A stretch of 32,000 nt of DNA from Candidatus Thorarchaeota archaeon. Lineage in GTDB: Archaea > Asgardarchaeota > Heimdallarchaeia > Hodarchaeales > Hodarchaeaceae. Where the stretch lies: NCBI GenBank assembly GCA_048882505.1, contig JBHLRO010000004.1, positions 20,193-52,192 of the forward strand, read 5' to 3'. The notes under the pieces are model-generated. The model searched no databases, had not been told where the DNA came from, and was given only the letters and a program-made list of their open reading frames with translations. The first letter of the stretch is position 1. Each line of letters opens with the position of its first letter. The position numbers were made by a program, and so were the translations under genes. Shown piece after piece: positions 27,385 through 32,000 of this stretch.

Positions 27385-29502
27385 GTGAAAACGCGGAAAA
27401 GGGAGTTTTTGGCTCCATTAATTTGCTTCGGTATAATAATTACCTTAATTGCCCCAGATATAATAATAAATGGTAATAAGGCCACTTTAACAGATTCTAG
27501 CTTCGGAAAAAGAAAAATTGGTATGGAAGGAAACGTTACACCACTCGTGATCATTGATCCCAATTCCAAATTGATTCGTACTCTGACTGGCCATTCTTCG
27601 ACAATCTGGAGTGTCGTTTTCCACCCAAATGGAAGAATGCTTGCATCTGCATCTGCTGATAACACAGTAAAGCTTTGGAATGCGAGCACAGGCTCCCTTA
27701 TTCGCAACCTAATGGGTCACACATCCGCGGTCTACTGCCTAGATTTCAGTCCCTCGGGAGATGTTCTAGCTTCAGGTTCGTTTGATCGGTCAATCTTGCT
27801 CTGGAATGTCTCATCGGGCCAAATTATAGAAAATCTTACCGGTCATACAGCTTCCGTATGGAGTGTTTCGTTTAATTCTGCGGGAACCCTTTTAGCTTCA
27901 GGCTCGAGCGATAATAACATCAAGGTTTGGGACATTCAATCAGGAAAAACGATTGCAAACATCACCGGACATACTGATTCAGTTAGAACTGTTGCTTTCA
28001 GTTCATCAGATATCCTTGCTTCAGGGTCATATGACAATTCGATTATCATCTGGGATATTTCAAATCAAACCCCAATTCATACGATTGAGAACCATTCAGA
28101 TGGCGTTACAAGCATTGATTTTCACCCCCAGGACCCGCTATTGGTATCTGGTTCTTTTGACCGTGGTGTCTATCTAAACGATGTGAATACAGGGGAACTC
28201 ATCCTAAACTTAACCTCACACACAGGCTGGGTGAGAACCGTTAAATTTAGTCCAGATGGCATGCTTTTGGCATCTGGAGGGAGTGACAGAAGTCTTTTAT
28301 TTTGGAATACTTATCCCGCTCCCTCACAGCCAAAAGGGGAGCTTATTGGAAATTTAACTGGACACGAATCACCCGTATTGAGTATTTCTTTTAACTCATT
28401 AGGTAATAGCCTTGCTTCGGCATCAGCTGACAGTACAATAAGAATATGGAACATTACTGATCTAGATTCAGACGGGATGCCTAACCACTGGGAACAAGAA
28501 AATGGGTTATTCCCAGGAGATCCATTGGACAGATTGGAGGATCCCGATAATGACCAATTACCTAATTTACTAGAATACCAATTCGGGACATCTCCTTCTA
28601 GCGCAGATAGCGATTCGGATCTCATGCCTGACGGTTACGAATATGAGAATGGTCTAAATGGGAGTGTTCAGGACTCAAATGATGATCCTGACAATGATGG
28701 ACTCACCAATCTTCAGGAATTTCGATCTTCAACTAATCCACACGATCCTGACAGCGATGATGATGGATGGAACGACAATATCGAAATTATCTGGGGGACA
28801 AATCCAAATGATAAGGCATCTAATCCACCAATTCTGATTGTAACTTTGACCATGGCTTTTGCTGTTCTTGTCGGCGCAAGTTACACTATTGTACGCTATA
28901 TGCCACAAATAAGAAGCAAACTTTCTACTGCTGGAAAAACGCTGCGTGGAAGCCTTTCTCCTAGATCTACTACCTGGATGTCGGATTTGAAGAGCGGCAA
29001 GGCAATTCCGATCAAACAACTGGCTGATACTATTGGAAAGAAACCATTGGATATACCGAAATTTGCCAAAGCAACAATCGAGAAAGAAATTTTCATAGAT
29101 AAACGCCTCGTTATCCGTTCACAGATGCTTCTCCTATCCCCTCTCCCTCCAAAAGATGTAACCTGCCAGGTTTGTTTAACCGAAATTACAGAACGCCACT
29201 ATTTTCAGTGCCTTGAATGTAAGAGGTACATCTGTATCTCCGATTACGTGGATTTACAGAATGTCGGTCGTACAGGATGTCCCAATTGTTCAGGCAGATT
29301 ACAGGCATTCCCATTTACATGTTCCGCCTGTAATCTTGATTTTGGCTCCGTTGAAGAGCTCACAAGGCAGGAACGATGCCCTCTATGTGGATACACATTA
29401 CCAAGCCAATCTATGATTGTTACCTCTATAACGAAGGGGATAAAAGCCTCTATTCAAGCTGATATAAGTAGGGAATCAATCGATGACGGAAAAAAGGCTT
29501 GA
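27385..29502 (+). CDS. Single-pass membrane protein: signal, 7 WD40 repeats, Asp-rich TSP3-like repeats, TM, cytoplasmic RING-like and zinc-ribbon Cys motifs
   Basis: Seven GH...WD-type repeats, five DxDxDG-like units, TM ILIVTLTMAFAVLVGASYTIV, and C-terminal CQVC/CLEC/CISD/CPNC plus CSAC/CPLC. Confidence 0.88.
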   Translation: MKTRKREFLAPLICFGIIITLIAPDIIINGNKATLTDSSFGKRKIGMEGNVTPLVIIDPNSKLIRTLTGHSSTIWSVVFHPNGRMLASASADNTVKLWNASTGSLIRNLMGHTSAVYCLDFSPSGDVLASGSFDRSILLWNVSSGQIIENLTGHTASVWSVSFNSAGTLLASGSSDNNIKVWDIQSGKTIANITGHTDSVRTVAFSSSDILASGSYDNSIIIWDISNQTPIHTIENHSDGVTSIDFHPQDPLLVSGSFDRGVYLNDVNTGELILNLTSHTGWVRTVKFSPDGMLLASGGSDRSLLFWNTYPAPSQPKGELIGNLTGHESPVLSISFNSLGNSLASASADSTIRIWNITDLDSDGMPNHWEQENGLFPGDPLDRLEDPDNDQLPNLLEYQFGTSPSSADSDSDLMPDGYEYENGLNGSVQDSNDDPDNDGLTNLQEFRSSTNPHDPDSDDDGWNDNIEIIWGTNPNDKASNPPILIVTLTMAFAVLVGASYTIVRYMPQIRSKLSTAGKTLRGSLSPRSTTWMSDLKSGKAIPIKQLADTIGKKPLDIPKFAKATIEKEIFIDKRLVIRSQMLLLSPLPPKDVTCQVCLTEITERHYFQCLECKRYICISDYVDLQNVGRTGCPNCSGRLQAFPFTCSACNLDFGSVEELTRQERCPLCGYTLPSQSMIVTSITKGIKASIQADISRESIDDGKKA
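27583..28455 (+). repeat. Seven tandem WD40 coding repeats (about 42 aa each)
   Basis: Repeated LTGH...LASGSxD..I..W units in the translation; boundaries are approximate. Confidence 0.85.
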
Positions 29503-29528
29503 ACCACATGAAACTTCTGATTCTGTTG

Positions 29529-29535
29529 AAAAAAA
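29529..29535 (-). terminator. Oligo-T terminator
   Basis: T7 on the minus strand, 1 nt after the stop at 29537. Confidence 0.5.
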
Positions 29536-29536
29536 G

Positions 29537-30478
29537 TCAAAGCAACTCATTGATCAAGTCAGCTAGTTTGTCCATTTTTACCAAGATATATTGAAGTGGC
29601 GAGACCTTCCGAGCGATCCCAGAGAGCATTAGTTCTGACTTAATCTTTTGAAACACAAACATGTATTCATTGGTTTCTAATGTTGTTTTCAAGGTCTGGT
29701 TGGACGCGAATTCATTGCTAATTCGATCGTAATTTGAAAGCCAAAGATTGGCAGGAATAATAATCCTGTTTGCCATTGGGCCTTCTTCAAAAACGGGAAG
29801 ACCGTCTTCAGTATAAACAGTAACTCCTGATAACTCCTCGTTCATTTCAATGAATTCCTGTATTGTCTGAGATACATCCTTCCCTTTTGTATTCTTTATT
29901 ACGAGCGTTTGAATCAAGTCTCCGACTGCTTGGTGTACTGAATTGTCGAAGATTGAGGTTTGATAGTACTTAATCTCTATTTCGCAGTCCTTCGGCGGGA
30001 TAAAGAAATCTTTCAACGTTTTTATTACTTCATCCTGCATCTGAGGAAGCAGAAGGTCTGCCTTATGGAAAAAACAAAAAGCAATCGCATCATGGGAAAA
30101 TTCACTCAATCTATTAATTGCATGGTCAAAATAGAACTTTGAAGTAGAAACCTGATCAAAATTACTTACATCTACGACCCAAACCAAAATTTGAACATCG
30201 GAGAATATGAATTCCGCCTGTTCACCAACAAAAACGGAAATAAAGCTCTCCTGGCCCCCACAATCAAAAATCTGAAAGGCAGAATCGACAACGCTTTTCG
30301 TTGAACGGGTATAATTGATCGTAGCATGATAATCCATCACTTCATCCGGAGTCTTTCCCTCAAAAACAACTGATCGTATACTACTCTTACCCGATGCGCC
30401 TAATCCCATGAATAAAACTTTTTGTGGTAGAGGGGCAGTTTTCAATGGTGATCTCCACTTTCTTGACTGATCCAACAA
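29537..30478 (-). CDS. RagA/Gtr1-like small GTPase with C-terminal roadblock domain
   Basis: G1 GLGASGKSS, G2 YHATINY, G3 FDCGGQ (as in RagA WDCGGQ), FIFSDVQILVWVVDV, G4 HKADL, G5 QTSIFD. C-terminal LSGVTVYTEDGLPV is roadblock-like. Confidence 0.9.
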   Translation of the reverse strand: MLDQSRKWRSPLKTAPLPQKVLFMGLGASGKSSIRSVVFEGKTPDEVMDYHATINYTRSTKSVVDSAFQIFDCGGQESFISVFVGEQAEFIFSDVQILVWVVDVSNFDQVSTSKFYFDHAINRLSEFSHDAIAFCFFHKADLLLPQMQDEVIKTLKDFFIPPKDCEIEIKYYQTSIFDNSVHQAVGDLIQTLVIKNTKGKDVSQTIQEFIEMNEELSGVTVYTEDGLPVFEEGPMANRIIIPANLWLSNYDRISNEFASNQTLKTTLETNEYMFVFQKIKSELMLSGIARKVSPLQYILVKMDKLADLINELL

Positions 30479-30605
30479 AAACCAAATTATGTCTGGTTTA
30501 TAACGCTATCTCAATAAGATTATAGAACGTTTTATATTTCACCTAACCCTGTGTTATAAGAATTTCAGAGCATTTATATTGCCGAATAATGTGGGTGTGT
30601 CACAG

Positions 30606-30616
30606 TATAAAAGGTT
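30606..30616. promoter_or_regulatory. TATA-like element in the divergent intergenic region (TATAAAAG on plus, AACCTTTTATA on minus)
   Basis: Reads as a TATA box in both orientations between the head-to-head GTPase genes. Several other TATA-like strings lie in 30497-30580. Confidence 0.35.
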
Positions 30617-30670
30617 CTCAAAAGGCCACTCTCCTTGCTCAGAAGGATAACGTCTCAGGATCAATAGATT

Positions 30671-32000
30671 ATGTCAGACTGGGTGTCTCATGCTGATATC
30701 AGTGCTCGATTAGGATATAAGATCTTGTTAGCTGGACTAAGTGAGGCTGGCAAGACCGCAGTCAAACGAATATTCTTTTTAAAACAATCTACGGCAGATG
30801 TGGATAGTTTAGGTGCCACTATCAACTATGAACGCATGACAATGAACATTAAAAATACTCCCGTGACGATCGTAGATCTGGGCGGCCAAAAAATCTTTCT
30901 CAAACGATTTCTGAACAATTTCAGCCCATTTGTTTTCAGTTCTGTAAGATCGTTTATTTTCCTTATCGATGTGGCGAATAAGACCTCACGGAACAGTGCG
31001 ATCCAATATTTTTGCGGTTGCTTGGAACGATTAGAGGAATTTTCACCCAAAGCGAACGTATTTGTTTTTCTCCATAAAAATGACCTGGTTCGGAATCTTC
31101 CCAATTATGAAAGTATACATTCTCAGCTGAAAGAACAATTCCAGCTGGAATACAAAACCGGTAATTTGCCCTTCTTTCGTACAACAATCTATAAACCTGA
31201 GACTGTAATCCGGAGTTTTGGGCGTATTTTTGAGCTCTCGTCGCCAGAACTGGCTGAAAGCGAGTTCGTTGATCATGAAAGGATTGGAACAATCGAAGAA
31301 TATGTGAAAGAGAGCATGGTTATTAGGAAAGAAGTTGAAACAGTTGAACGAGCTCAATTGGGAGGAACCCCTCAGGATGAGCTTCCATTAACCCCCTTTG
31401 ATGCCACAGTAATCAGACAATCATCTCCCTCGCCTCTGGCCGGGCATAAGACGGTAGGTAAATCAGAAGTATTATCTAAGCTTCAAAATCTGATGAGAGA
31501 TGCAACCAAGGTTGAGAAACCAAAGGAAGCAGATGACCTAGTTCTAGATAAACTACAGCATCTAATGAAAAAGGCGGTGAAACCAGAGGGTATTGATCAA
31601 GTCCAAGCTACGGGGAAAGTGCAAGAAACTATGGTAGATCATCGCGAACCTTTAATTGAAGATGTACCTTCTCCTAGTTCATCAGTTTCAGAGGTCGTCG
31701 GGAGCGATTTTCAGGTTGAAGAGGAGCCGGGCGAAATCACTTTTATCGATGACGATAAAGAAAATCAGATATCTCATCTAATCAGTTTTTATGACGTTGA
31801 GAAAGATCAAGCAGTGAGAATTGTTGAGCTTGGGTACGCGGATTTGTTTGAATCTGTTGCAGCAACCTCTGCCGTAGATATACCGCTGATAATCGATGTG
31901 CTCTTAAAATATCTGCCCTTAATCTCTCATCAAGTTGATGTGAGCAATTTAAATAAGGATCGTCTCTTTCTAATCTTTTTTGCGATTATGAAGGGCGATC
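30671..32000 (+). CDS. Rag-like small GTPase with long low-complexity linker and further C-terminal domain; partial, runs off the window end
   Basis: My own translation from ATG 30671: MSDWVSHADISARLGYKILLAGLSEAGKTA...GATINYE...DLGGQ...HKNDL...RTTIY. The frame stays open for 443 codons to the window edge. Not in the ORF track. Confidence 0.9.
   Translation, partial: MSDWVSHADISARLGYKILLAGLSEAGKTAVKRIFFLKQSTADVDSLGATINYERMTMNIKNTPVTIVDLGGQKIFLKRFLNNFSPFVFSSVRSFIFLIDVANKTSRNSAIQYFCGCLERLEEFSPKANVFVFLHKNDLVRNLPNYESIHSQLKEQFQLEYKTGNLPFFRTTIYKPETVIRSFGRIFELSSPELAESEFVDHERIGTIEEYVKESMVIRKEVETVERAQLGGTPQDELPLTPFDATVIRQSSPSPLAGHKTVGKSEVLSKLQNLMRDATKVEKPKEADDLVLDKLQHLMKKAVKPEGIDQVQATGKVQETMVDHREPLIEDVPSPSSSVSEVVGSDFQVEEEPGEITFIDDDKENQISHLISFYDVEKDQAVRIVELGYADLFESVAATSAVDIPLIIDVLLKYLPLISHQVDVSNLNKDRLFLIFFAIMKGD

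Noticed and set aside
27583-28830. Repetitive DNA as a CRISPR array or mobile repeat
   Set aside because: The periodicity is at protein level (WD40 and Asp-rich units) with diverged nucleotides; there are no identical repeats with spacers.
1-32000. tRNA, rRNA, SRP/RNase P RNA, transposase or integrase genes, and Sec/Pyl readthrough
   Set aside because: No cloverleaf or T-loop in tRNA context was found in the intergenic regions, no recombinase motifs were seen, and no gene is interrupted by an in-frame TGA/TAG with homology continuing. This was inspection by eye only; tRNAscan-SE and Infernal were not run.

Overview
This is an archaeal chromosomal window. By inference it comes from an Asgard archaeon (Heimdallarchaeia-like), based on the density of eukaryote-like small GTPases, roadblock/longin-type domains, an archaeal/eukaryotic-type TrpRS, ABCE1 and GGAGGTGA-type SD sites. 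Contents from left to right: a partial secreted HExxH metalloprotease missed by the ORF track; a MacB/LolCDE-type ABC system with two giant paralogous permeases and two ATPases; two YdjM-like membrane hydrolases; ABCE1; a site-2 protease; a four-gene minus-strand cluster (Rag-like GTPase, degenerate pseudo-GTPase, longin-like plus gelsolin-like protein, Rag-like GTPase); a Cys-rich protein; trpS with an attenuator-like leader; an MFS transporter; an orphan FrhB-family protein; MEMO1; a degenerate PfkB protein; a Rab-like GTPase; a single-pass WD40/Asp-repeat/RING-like receptor; and a head-to-head pair of Rag-like GTPases, the second partial and missed by the ORF track. Six small-GTPase-fold genes lie within 19 kb. 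The best candidates for an undescribed system are the Rag/pseudo-Rag/longin cluster (reminiscent of Rag-FLCN/GATOR1 modules), the receptor-like RING protein and the Trp-codon leader upstream of trpS. No rRNA, tRNA, CRISPR array or mobile element was seen. All family assignments come from motifs read by eye; no searches were run.
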